From contig NW_024704742.1 in assembly GCF_018977255.1 (NCBI RefSeq), positions 68,760,001-68,824,000 on the forward strand: a stretch of 64,000 bases of DNA. Direction: 5' to 3'. Position 1 is the stretch's first letter, and every line of letters starts with the position of its first letter. This document shows positions 25,093 through 37,500 of this stretch, one piece after another. A program made the position numbers and the translations under genes. The notes under the pieces are model-generated. The model had not been told where the DNA came from. It saw only the letters and a list, made by a program, of their open reading frames with translations, and did not search any database. Source of the stretch: Callorhinchus milii (Eukaryota).

Positions 25093-25847
25093 GGACGCAA
25101 ACGTAATAAAAGTGAAAACAGAAAAGGCTGGAATTGCCCTGACAGGTCACTGAGTGGAAGAAAGAGAAACAAAGGGTGCATTTGCTTTTCAGGCCTGGTC
25201 TGACTGACATGCTATGAGTTTTCAGTACTCTCAGGTTATTTGAAACACTGGGTATTTCAAGAACTGGTTACACAGCAGGCTGCGGTGGGGCCGATTGAAT
25301 GGGCTGAGGTTACTCATCCCTTTGCCTTACTGCCTCGAATTGAAGGTAACATAGAAGCAAATTATTGCTTGGCTCATTCGGTAGCACTCTCATCTCTGGG
25401 ACAGAAGGCTCGATTTGTGGAGGCCATTCATAATTCTAAACCTGACCTCCCTGATTTCGACATAATTCTTTTAAGAAGTAATCCTGCCATCCTTGAGACA
25501 TCCTCCACATGAAGGAGCTATATAAATACAATTTGTTGCTGGCTTTTGACTTTGTGGACACAGTCATCAATCTTGTCTCTCATCCCCGTATTTGAGCGCT
25601 AAAGATATTCAGGGCCACATATTGAAAGGAGGTCTTGGGGGCATGAGATGTGAGGCTTCATATGTCGATTGGCATGCCAACAGCGAACTGGGCCTTTAAC
25701 CTTCAACATTGATCAGTTTTCTTCTATAAAACATACTTCACATTGCATGTGAAGATGCCCTAGAAATGCAAATTATTACTGCTGCTGGGTATGGTTCCAC
25801 AGGCGTCATCTGCCATCTCCCCTTAATACATACTTGAGCCATCTCAA

Positions 25848-26189
25848 GTGTCCTGTAGCATAGTGGTTAGAGCACTCGCCTCAAAAGTGAGACCCAGGTT
25901 TGATTCCCGGCCAGGGGTGAAACCTTAGGCATATTTCCTTACTCCACCTTCCCTGTTTACCTGTCAGTAAGTAGGAACCCTGTAATTAGTCGATTGACGA
26001 ATTGCTTTCCGGAGGTAATAATTTTTTAAATAAAAATAAAATCCATGACTGTTTGTGGGACACTGTTGTGTGCAATTGGCTGCTCCGTTTCATCTACAAA
26101 ATCAATTCACTTTATAGTATATTCTGTGAAGCGCTTTGAGACGTCTCAATGACGTGCTAAGGCGCTATATCAAATGCAAGGATTATTAT
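25848..26189 (+). mobile_element. Full-length tRNA-derived SINE, long subfamily
   Basis: gtcctgtagcatagtggttagagcactcgcctcaaaagtgagacccaggtttgattccc head; standard body and tail. Confidence 0.9.
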
Positions 26190-27967
26190 CACAATGAGAG
26201 TTGGCAGGACTGATCACAAGGTAGCATTCATGGCGTGCCCCAATCCTGCCCTCCAAGTGTCCACACATACACACGCACCTCCAGTCACTCAATTATGATC
26301 AGGAATAAGAACCAGGTCTCTCCTTACCTTGACGTATATTACAGCACTCCAACCAAACTTTCAGCTGAATTCATCATGCGAGGTTTGGTATCCAGCCTGT
26401 GTGGAGTTTCTACTCAGTGACTGAGCTGTCGGGCGAGGCTTATTATCTTCCTTGAACATTAACTGAAATGACCTCCTGTAACTTTTGCGGATGCCCTGCA
26501 GTGCATAATGCAATTATGCCTCACTATGTTGTGTCACCCAGAAGCTTTCAGCTGAGACAATTTGAAGTGGTGAAGTGCACAAAGGTTGTCTCCTGCTTTG
26601 CTTCCACTTTGTGCTGTCAGTTACAGTACGCTAATTGCTCACATCTCTGGGCCTGTGCTTGGGTCTGCATTCGTCTCGCTTAAGAAATGGTGATGGTACA
26701 AGTATCATCAGTGCTCTCCTAGACCCATAGATTTTTCGGCAAACAAAGATTCCATTCAACCCGCCGGGTCTGTGTTAATGCTCATTCCTCTATTGGAGAA
26801 AAGTATCACATAAACGTCTTCACGTTAAAGTATCTTAAAGAGCTTTGTCCACAGAAACGGTCACTGCACTGATAATTGCTGTCAAGCACTTTGAGACTTT
26901 CAGCATATAACTCATCTATGAAAATACTCCTTGTCTTGCAAGCATTGAGTGCTTGTAATTGGCAAAGAAGTTTTGTGCAAAACAATTACACGTTTCACCA
27001 TGTGCACTGAAATTAACACAGTAGAATTAAGAATGGGACTTTGAGTCGATGGACCAGGCTGACTCCAATGCAGTGCTGAGGGAATGCTGTTATTATTGGA
27101 GGTGCTTTCCTTCCAATCATACGTTAAATCCAGGTCCCATCTGCTTGTTCGGTGGACCCTAAAGATCCCTTGGGACTATTTGAAAAGCGAATGGAGTTTG
27201 TCCCAGCGACGCAGCCAACAATCGCTCATATATGAGGGCTTCGCCCTGCCCAGGAATCAAACCCGGGTCCTCTTGCTTGCGAGGCAAGCATGCTAACTAC
27301 TTCGCTTTAGGAATCCACATTAAAGCGCTTCGCTGGATTCATTCACTCTGTGGCTTTCCATGAGAACATTACTGCGTGCAACCTGCTGTTTGCCTACAAG
27401 TACTTCACAGTGAAAAAATTCAATGAAAAGCTTTGAGACACTTTGAGGTAATAAGGCAGGCAGTACACAAGGATTATTATTGTATATACTATCCCACGTG
27501 TTATATTAATTTGACCAGCTATATTGAGACTGATTGAGAAATCTTCGGCAAGCACATGGCACCAGTTATGTTGTGAACACAACAAAAACAAAAAACAACA
27601 ACGAATTATTAGCATAATTCCGTTAATCAATTTTCAATTCCCCTAATTTTTTGCACCGAAAAACTGCCTTATTATTTAATAAGCAAAATGGCTATGGGCG
27701 TTTCCCCAGTCTCGCCATTTGGATTCCACGTAGCTTTTTACGTGCTACAAGAAACTCATTAGCAGAGTTCAAATCCACCTGAAGCTCCCAGATATCAAAT
27801 CTTTTCCCCGGCAGATGTGAGACAGCAGTGCAGTTGTTTCACACTCCTGTGTTCATTAACAGAAATTAACCTTTTGGCAAAAATCCTTTCAAAGTGACTT
27901 GCATTTCCTTCAAGAAAGACAGCTTCTCCATGTTATATAATTCCTGAGCTTCAAGAAACTGAAATTC

Positions 27968-28078
27968 TTTTTTTGGTCAGCCAGGGGTGTGACACATGTG
28001 TAAACCCATCACCATGTTTAAGAGTATCCAAGCCAAACTGAGGAATTCCATGCATCCCACCTACACATAGAAATTCTC
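27968..28078 (-). repeat. Unclassified repeat 'X' 3' terminus
   Basis: tttttttggtcagccaggggtgtgacacatgtgtaaacccatcaccatg is the reverse complement of the common X end plus oligo-A. Confidence 0.8.
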
Positions 28079-28096
28079 TCTCTCTCTCTCTCCTTA

Positions 28097-28445
28097 GATC
28101 TGCTAACCCCATACCGGCTTGTCTGCTCCATCCGCTCGTCAGACTCTGGCTTACACCATGTCCCCCACCCTGCCTGGCTGAAAGGGGTTGGGCCTTCAGC
28201 CTCACTCCCCCCATCCTTTGGAACTCCATACCACATTCCCTTTGCCTCGCACCCCCTCCCTTGCCTCCTTCAGGGCCCATCTCAAGACCTTCCTGTTCGA
28301 CTGTGCCCTCGATCACCCTTCTACTCCCTGTCCTCCATCCCTTCTGATCTCTACCCCCAGCTCAGTTCAAAACCCTGACTATCCTGCGTCTTGGGACGTA
28401 CTCCTGATGTGAAAGGCACTAAACAAATCTAATTTGTTGTTAATG
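28097..28445 (+). mobile_element. L2 LINE 3' fragment
   Basis: PSLASFRAHLKTFLFD in ORF 28188-28412; tail ttgggacgtactcctgatgtgaaaggcact...ttgttgtt. Confidence 0.82.
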
Positions 28446-28473
28446 TTGTAGTGTCAACAACTTGGATTTTGGA

Positions 28474-28503
28474 NNNNNNNNNNNNNNNNNNNNNNNNNNN
28501 NNN
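28474..28503. other. Assembly gap (30 N)
   Basis: Run of N directly between the two copies of the 14.2-kb repeat. Confidence 1.
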
Positions 28504-28574
28504 CATACGGCAATTCGGGGATGCGAGCGTCGAGATTATACGATCAAGCGATTCGATTAACCCCATAATTCCGA

Positions 28575-31500
28575 GTTTTTTTTAAAGAGCAATCCTTTCA
28601 GTTCCATTTACTTGCCTTCTCCATAAACCCTATAGTTTATCTTTTTAGATCTTGCACTGAGCTCTGGGATCATCACCTCATCCTCACCTGGCTCCACTGG
28701 CTCCCCATCACCCATCGAATCAAGGTTAAGCTCCTCGTACTACCTTTAAATCCCCATGGTCTTGCCCCACACTACCTTGATGACCTCCTCAAACCTACAG
28801 ACTCACCTGCTCCCTCTCCTCAGCGGCTTCACGTGCCCCACCACACCCGCCTACCATTGCCAGTCTGGCTTTCAGCCTCTCTGCCATCACTCTCTGGATC
28901 TCCATCCAGGAATCCCTTCAACTCTTCCCATCTCGCAAGATTTCTCTTGACCACACTTGTCAACCAAGACTGTGAATTGAAAGTCCTGACGCAAGCCTTG
29001 AAACTGCTACTTCTATGCAACATACAATTCCAGTTAAAATCGAAGTAGGATCAATGCTAGAAACCTCTCATTGTATCTACTACTATCATGAAGTCCCATA
29101 GCATAGTGATTAGCACACTCGCCTCAATCCCAGGCGGGCGAAACTTAGGCAAATTCCTTGCTCGACACAACCTGTTACCTAGTAGTAAGTAGGAACTCGA
29201 TTGATGGATTGCTTTCAGTAATAATCCTTCCCCAAAATAAATAAATGAAGGTGGTCAACAACATAACTTCCATTATATAGCGCCCTTCATGCGGGGTAGC
29301 GCCCTGGAGCGCATCATAGTGACGGAGTCTGACTTCAGTCACTCACTCATGACTGTTTGTGGAACGCTTCTGTGTGCAATTGGCTGCTGTGTTTGCCCCA
29401 AAATACACAGTCAATCCACTTAGACAATATATTCTGTGAAGCGCTTTGACACGTCTCAACTATGTGATAAGGCGCTATATCAAATGCCAGGATTATTATT
29501 ATTGTTATTTTAGCCACACCCCGTTGTCTTAAATGTAGAATGTTGGAATTTAAAAATCTTAAACATTGTTCCCACAAAACTACGGAAAAAAAACTTACAA
29601 GCTTACAAATTAAGAAATGTCAAATTCTGCAATCTAAATATTAGAACTGATCTTAAACAAATGGAACACACATATACAGAACTCTCAGTCTGGGTGGATA
29701 CTATTAAGCATGATATTGGAGTTTCCACATGTGTCAGACACCCGTTGAACAAAACAAATCTTGAACAAAATTTCAGACCTCAAAGAATAATTGTGTGCAA
29801 GATGTACTGGAGCAGGGATTCTTCCTACTCTTAATCTGGACAAGCAAATGCACAATGGGTAAATTAATCCGAGCTGGTCAATCAGCAGAAAGCTTGCCAG
29901 ACAGTTCTCCAAATGCAAGTTCTGCAGATTCAGCTAGTTCAACTCTAGCAGTTATCCCAATGCCCATTCTGGGGTCCCCAAGCCTTGTTTCTCGCCAACA
30001 TCTGCCTAATAGTCTAAAAATTAGATAAACAGGTGCAGCCGTCCGGGGAGTATGTGCAATTCATTGCAGACACGGGAGTTTTCAGGGGCATACATACTGG
30101 AACTCTCAGTTTGGTTGGAAAAAAAATCTAATCTTCAAACACAAATTAGATTAGGAAAAACATTACCGGATACAGTACATAGGTAGGTTGAGACATATGT
30201 GTATGCGACACAGGAAGGTGGAAGACAACTAGATGGATCTTGGTCTTTTTTCGTCAAGCATTCTTATGTTCTTATGGATCCTCTGAAGCACGATGATGGT
30301 TTCTGTACCAGCTGACCAAAGGAAAAAGTGAGACATGTGTGCTGGTTTAGAATAGCAAAGGCTGTCAAGTTTCCCAATGGTAGACACACTGGCAGATGCA
30401 GTTCAATCCATACTGATGGAGGAATCACAGTCAAAATGTACTGAGTTAGCTGATTTCACGGGGTAGCAGTTTGGACTGTAATTGGCCTCAGTGGACCTGA
30501 GCTAGGAGGGGAACATCAGCTAGGTCTTGCTCTTGATTATTAATTATCCAAAGACTAGATCTGGAAGGTGTGTCTGTGAATGTGTATGTGAGTGTATGTT
30601 GCGTGATGACAGGTGAGGACAGTTTAGGGTCAGCTGATGTTTACAACTTCCTAAATTCAGCTTAATTATCAGAGGCAAATGTTCTGTCGTTCTTAAACAC
30701 AGCCTCTCCTAAATCAAGACTGAACCTCTGTGGTCTCACTGGATGGATTATTGGCGCAATTACTTTACTCGCTCTATATTATAATAATATTACATTTGAT
30801 ACAGTATCTTTCACATCAGGAGGATGCCTCAAAGCTCTTCACAGACTGTGAAGTGTTATGGCTGTGTTTTGTAGGTGAAATCAGCAGCCATTTGCATGCA
30901 GCAGTGTCCCACAAATGGCCATGAAGTGAATGGCCATTTTATTTGGGCGATTCTTTCCCAGGACACTGGGAGAAACTCTGTTCTTTGCCTCAATCATCTA
31001 CCTTGCCCCTCCTTGTCTGTCTTCAGATCATACCTGAAGACCTTTCTCTTGACCGTGGCATAGTCATCTCCATCTCTCCCTAGTTCAGGATCAAGCTCCG
31101 CCACTGTTAAGTTCTCCGAGACACTACTTAGGTGAAGGGCGCTGTATAATGCACTTGTCTAACTTTCCAGCACCTTACAACATCCTCTTGACGTGAAAGG
31201 CGCTATACAAATGTAATTTTATTGTTGTCCTCGTATTTTACGGGATCAATTGATTTATATGCATGACTAGCATGAAATACTTGCAATTAAGTCTTAATCA
31301 GTGGGTCTTATCTCATTCCTACATAAAAGTGAGTCACATTCCCAAAGAGAGATGGGAGACTGTGCCTCTGAACACATACTGCATAAGCATCGCCCGTTAA
31401 TCCTTCCCTCACTTTCTGCTGGCAATGAGCTTCTTTATTCTACTACTACATGGAGTCCTGTAGCTCAGTGGTTAGAGCACTCGCTTTGCAAGCAAGAGAC

Positions 31501-34500
31501 CTAAGTTCAATTCCAGGCAGGGCGAAACCTTGGGCAAGTTTCCTTACTCCACACAGAGCCTAATAATAATCCCTCCAAAACCAAAAACAATAATAAATTG
31601 GTCATTTTCAATCTACGACTGTTTGTGGGACATTGCTGAGCGCAATTGGCTGCCGCGTTCGCCCACAAATATACAGTCAATTCACTTTACAGTGTGTTTT
31701 GTGAAGCGCTTTGGGAGGTCCTCCCGAAGTGAAAAGTGCTATATCAAATGTAAGGATTATTATTATTATTATATATGAAAAATATTATTATAACGCTTGT
31801 AATTTAATACAGAGCCTATAACATCAAAACACTTATAGAAAGGTTAGTGACTGTGCATTTGTAGAAAAATGCAGTGGCCAATTTGCACACAGTAAGTTCC
31901 CACAAACATTCAGTGATCAACTTTTTGCTTTCAATTGGAAGCTACGTGGTTTTAGCTGGTTGAACTCCAGCAGTTTCCCCAATGCACACTGGGGTCCCCA
32001 AGCCTTGGCAATCTGCACCTAATACTCTCTGGGATTAGGTAAACAGGATGCACTCCTCAAGGGAGAGGGTGCACCTTCTATTCCAGCACAGGAATTTTCA
32101 TGTGTAGGTGGGATGCATGGAATTATCAATCTGGTTTGGATACACTTAAGCGTGGTGATGGGTTTCCACATGCTTCCACCAAAGAAATGACCAATAGATA
32201 GCACCTCCAACAATGCGCACTTCCCTAGTGCTACACTGAAGTGCTGGCTTAGACAAAACTAAATTCTAACACAGGTGTTGAGTCTACTTTTATCTGTCTT
32301 ATATCTGGCTACACTTCAGTATGGTGCTGGGGGAACACTACCTTGTCAGAAGTTCTGTCCTTTGGAAGAGATGTTCAACTGAGGCCCTGTCTGGAGGGTA
32401 TAAAAAAGATTTCATACCACTATTCACAAAAAGAAGGTAGTTTTTCCTGGTGTCCTGGCCAACAATAACCCACGTATAAATTGGTCATTCACTTCATTGC
32501 TGTGCACAATTGGTTGCCAGAATTGCCTCCAAAATACAGTCACTACACTTTACAGTAAATCATTTGAGACATCTTGTCGACAAGCTTAAACAACAACTTA
32601 CATTTATATAACACCCTTCATGTGGGCAAGCATCTCAGAGCACTTAACAGTGGCAGAACCTGACGCCAAGCCAGGGGGAGGGAGGAGGTGACCGAGCGGA
32701 GACAGCGGGTAGTGGGGAGTAAGGTTGGAAAGGTAGGGAGTTGCCAGGGTTTGAAGGGATTTACAGACGATTTTACAGATGACACGATATCAAAAGCAAG
32801 GATTATTATATGTATTAAAGGCAAGAGTGCTGCCCACAGACCAAACCTGACACATGATTGAAAGACAAGCAAAGAGTTAAATGTAAAAGTCAACTGGAAA
32901 GTATTTGAAGAGAAGGATTATATCAGTGTGTGGGAAAGAGCAGAGAATTGGGATTAAATCGGATGATATCAGTGGGGGAGCGCAGTTATGCTGAGCCCAA
33001 TGGGCTCCGGCTGGGCTGTGCTTGCTGTGGTTCTATGAATATCTCACGTTTTACTCAGTCTGAGGGAAGTCTGCCTTGTCTGGTCTTTTCAGGTCTCTCG
33101 GCAGCTTGATGGCATGAAATGTTTCCCATACCTAACCAGCTTTTATTTTTTAAAAGAAATCATTCCAAAAGCCCAAATTGTATAGTAGCTTCAATTCTAA
33201 TCAGAGAACAGTATTAAATTTAGATTGCCTTTCAATCCAGGCTGAGTGAGTGACTTGGCTTCCTAATGCCATCCGCAACAGAAGTGCTTCCAGTTCCAAA
33301 CACAGTATTAAACCCGTTTCGAAACAGCTGTTGCTTCTGTAGGCTTTTTGGTAATCATCCCACTTAATTGGCTATGAAGAATTCAAAATAGATTTCAAAG
33401 AAGATGCAAACAGGATCTTTGACACTTCAAAAGTTTCTCTCCCCCCCCGAATAAGTGACTGATGACTCTTAATGCGCTGTTAGAGTTAATTCCTTTCACT
33501 TCTGTGTCACTGCAGAGGTCTTTGTTTCCTGTTTGTGCTCAATCAAAGGAGAACTTTACATTTATAGCACCTTACATGGTGACATGTCTCAAAGCTCCAA
33601 TGTAGTTAAGAGGAATCTTGATAGATACAGGAGGGAGCAGGGAGTAAAGGGGTATTGAGGAGGGGAGTAGGAGATGTGGAGGCTTGTCTGGATTATAAAC
33701 ATTGGCACAGACTGGTTGGTCTGTTTCTGTGCATTATCATTCAATGGGATTATTGCCAGTCTCATTGAATGATAACCCTGTGTGCTGAACTAACCAACTC
33801 TTCCTTCCACAATCTGCTAATTATTCAGAACTCTGCAGCTCATGTCCTCTCCCACACCAGGCTCCGTGAGCCGATCACCTCCAGAGGATCAAGTTGAAGA
33901 TCCTGTTCCTCACCTTTAAAGCTGGTGGATGGAAGGAAAGCAAGGAAGACCTTTACTTTGAAGGGGGCTGAGGGGGAAGGTAAAGGAATGCACGGAGCCA
34001 AAGGAAAACCCTGACTTGAACTGTTTGTTTTTCAGTGTCCCGATTCGGCTTGCAAGCAGGATTTGCTGGCGTACTTGCAACGCATCGCACTCTACTGTCA
34101 CCAGCTCAACATCTGCAGCAAAGTCAAAGCAGAGGTCCAGAACCTGGGTGGAGAGCTGATTGTGTCTGGGGTAAGCAGCACAAGGAAATTCTTATTGCTC
34201 TCCAGCTTAATTCTGACAAGATGGCTAAAAAATATGGAGTCCTTTAGCACAGGGGTTAGAGCACTCACCTCATAAGCGAGATGACCTAGGTTCTCTTCCT
34301 GGGTAGGGCAAAACCTTGGGCAAGTTTTCTTACTCCACACGCCTGTTTACCTAGCAGTAAGTAGGAATCTGGTGGTGAGTCGATTGGTGGATAGCTTTTC
34401 CAAGGGTAACAGTCTTCCAAAAAAAATGTAAAAAAATAATAAATTGGTCAATCAATCCACAACTGTTTGTGGGATACTGCTGTGCACAATTGGCTGCTGC

Positions 34501-37500
34501 GTTCACCCGCAAATATACAGTTACTACATTTTACAGTATATTCTGTATACTGTATTCTGTGCTCAAAGAAGCACTTTGAGACATCTCAACTATATAATAA
34601 GGCGCTATATCAAATGCAAGGATTATTATTGTTATTAAATTTACTCTCAATTTAGAGGCTGGGTTTCACTCCAAATTTGAACCCTTAAACGTTAAGGCTA
34701 ATACTGAGGTCTAAAGGGCATGAAATGTTTAAACGATAACACTGTCTCTCTCCCTCTCTCTCTCTTCCCCCCTGCCCCACTCCCTCGCCCCACCACCAGA
34801 TCTTTCTAGTCATAGCACACTTCTCTAAGGCACATCTGCGAGAGATTAAAAAAATTGTCTAACAAAGCCAGTGACCTCATTAAAATGTGCTCGAGGAATG
34901 TTAAATCGGAGAAAGTGAGATTATGTCATATTTCACACTTGTCTGGATTTTATGTCTGAGCCGCACCAGGTTTTCCAGTGATGGATGTGTCAGACTTGCC
35001 ATAGCTCAATTGTGACGCAATGTAAAGGCATGCGATCTCAATCCCTCTTACCAATAAAGGACAAGAGAACATTAATTACAGGAGCGGAGGCTGGATGTGA
35101 ACTGTGATGGTGTTGATAGCACCTTGACTGAGAGCTGAAGAGCTGGTCTTTTACTGATCCATTAGCAGAGTAGAGTCCTGTAGCGTAGTGGTTAGAGCAT
35201 TTGTTAGAGTGAGAGGACTCGCTTACCTCTTTTTACCTAACAGTCAGTAGGAACCCAGTTGTTAGTCGATTGGCGGAACGCTTCCTGGGGTAATAATCCC
35301 TCCAAAAATTATGGTCACTCGCTCAATCCACCCTGTTTATGGGACACTGCTCTTCCCAATTGGCTGCTGTGCCTCTGCTCTCAAAACACACAATCACACA
35401 AAACACACACACTTTACAATATGAAGCGCTTCAAGTCAGTTCAACGATGTGACAAGGGCTATATTAAATGCAAGGATTAGTATTATAACATGGGGCCTTC
35501 AGTGTGTGTGTTTGTGTGTATTTTTAAAAGTGCCTCCTGTTCACACCAACAGTGACACTGTGAAGCCCTCGCTTACTTTCTTCCTGATCTGTGAGACTTC
35601 AGTGTCGTTGCCTGGATATCACACAGAACCATTGGATTTTACAGAACAGCACAGGAGGAGGCCATACACCCCATTGTGCCTGCACTAGCAGCTCTCTGAA
35701 AGTCATCCCACTTCGCTGCCCTTTCCTCACACTCATTCACTTATTTCTGGAGGGTTCAAGCCCCATTTCCTGACTTTCACAGCCTAGGTTGACGTTACTA
35801 CAGTGTTGGGAGTGTGCTGCATTGTTGGAGGTGACATCTTTTGGATGAGACGTTAAACCAAGGACCCGTCTGCCTGTTCATGTAGATGTTAAAGATCCCA
35901 TGACATATTTGAAAAGAGAAGCAAGTTTCTTCCGGTGTCCTGGCCATCAATCCCCCAAATAAAATTGATCATTCACTGGGACATTGCAGTGTCCTAAAAA
36001 TAACAATAATAATCCTTCCAGTTGATATAGCACCTTATCACATTGTTGAGATTTCTCAAAGCACTCACATTGGAAATTAAACCCAGGTCCATTCACTTGC
36101 GAGGAGAGCGAACTAAGTACTCCGCAAATACATGGCCTACACCACACTTCACAGTAAAATCCTGTGAAGTGCTTTGAGACGTCTCAATGATGTGATAATA
36201 TGTCTTTAATTCCCTTTTCAAAGCTATTATGGATTCTGCTTCTACCACTGTGTTTGGTAGTGTATGCCCTAGTAAGGCTCTATAGTATGCATAAAATAAT
36301 TCTCCTAAACAATCTTCTCTTTGGTAATGTTTTTAAATTGATGCCCTAATGCTATTCTAACAAACCTTGGTGTAAAAATATATAACGCATCTCTTTTCTC
36401 CTGATGATTATCCTCAATTTATACCTTGCTGTTGCTCATTCACCGAACAGTGGAAACCTTTCTCTAGTTATCCTGTCAAAACTATTCATGAATTTGATTG
36501 TCTGGCAGATTCCCTTCTAACCATCTCTGTTCCAGTGAAAACTGTTCCAACTTTTCAAGACTCTTAAATGGAACAAAAACCTGTCACCTCTTGTATCATC
36601 TCAGTAAATCTCCCTATGGCTGTGGTATGAGCTCTCATGAGGTGGCCAGCAAAAGGTAGGGCTGGACAAGCAGCAGGAAGCTTGCCAGTCAGTGCTCTCA
36701 ATGGCAAGTTGTATAGTTAACCCTTATTAGTTGCCCCAACACACACTGGTGTCCTTGCTCTTGCTAACCTGAACCCCGGAATTAGGAGAGCATGTCGAGT
36801 CCCTATGAGAAGAGAGAATTTGCATTCCATTCCAGACACAAGGAAATTTCCAATGTGTAGGTGGCATGATGCATGGAACTCTCAGTCTAGTTTGGGTACT
36901 CTTAAGCAAGGTGATGGGTTTCCAAATGTATCAGACACCCGGCTGAACAAATAATCAACTATGACTCAGGTGCGCTTTCCATAGTGAGAATTTAACAGTA
37001 ACCTTGCATAAAATTGAGTCAACGTCTTTATAAGTTGCATTAAATTAATATTCCACAAACTGGCACAGAACTGCTGGCAATCCATTGTCCACAGAGATCA
37101 CCCATCAGCTCAGTAACTGAGACAAGAGACCTTGGGTGCAATAAATTAGTATCATTATATTGGATATTGCGCCTTTCACATCAGGAGGACGTCTCAAAGC
37201 CCTTCACAGGATTTACTGTAAAGTATAGTGACTATCTTTTTAGACAAACAAAGGAGCCTATATGTGCATGTGAGAAGCCATGGAGTGACCAATTTTATTT
37301 GGGGAATTCGAGAAACTTGTTTCTCATTTTGAATAGTGCCATGGGATCTTTAACATCCACCTTAATGGCCACAGAGAGGACCTCAGCTTAACATCCCATC
37401 AAAAGACAATATTGCTCTGCCCTGAATATTGATTTCAACACTCGTTTAACAATTATAAGTTTGCGATTTTAATTGGTAAAAATTGTTACTTTTTTTGACA

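Larger units (their letters stand above)
14267..28473. repeat. Copy 1 of a ~14.2-kb near-identical direct repeat
   Basis: Sequence and ORF track recur at an offset of 14213-14222 (e.g. ORFs 19702/33916, 21046/35259, 26235/40457); copy ends exactly at the N gap. Confidence 0.98.

Noticed and set aside
25240..25512. 90-aa ORF as a possible cassette exon with donor-like aagGTAAC at ~25346
   Set aside because: Nearby AG acceptors give stops in the phase-0 frame required by ctnna2, no recognisable homology, and the ORF end differs between the two copies.
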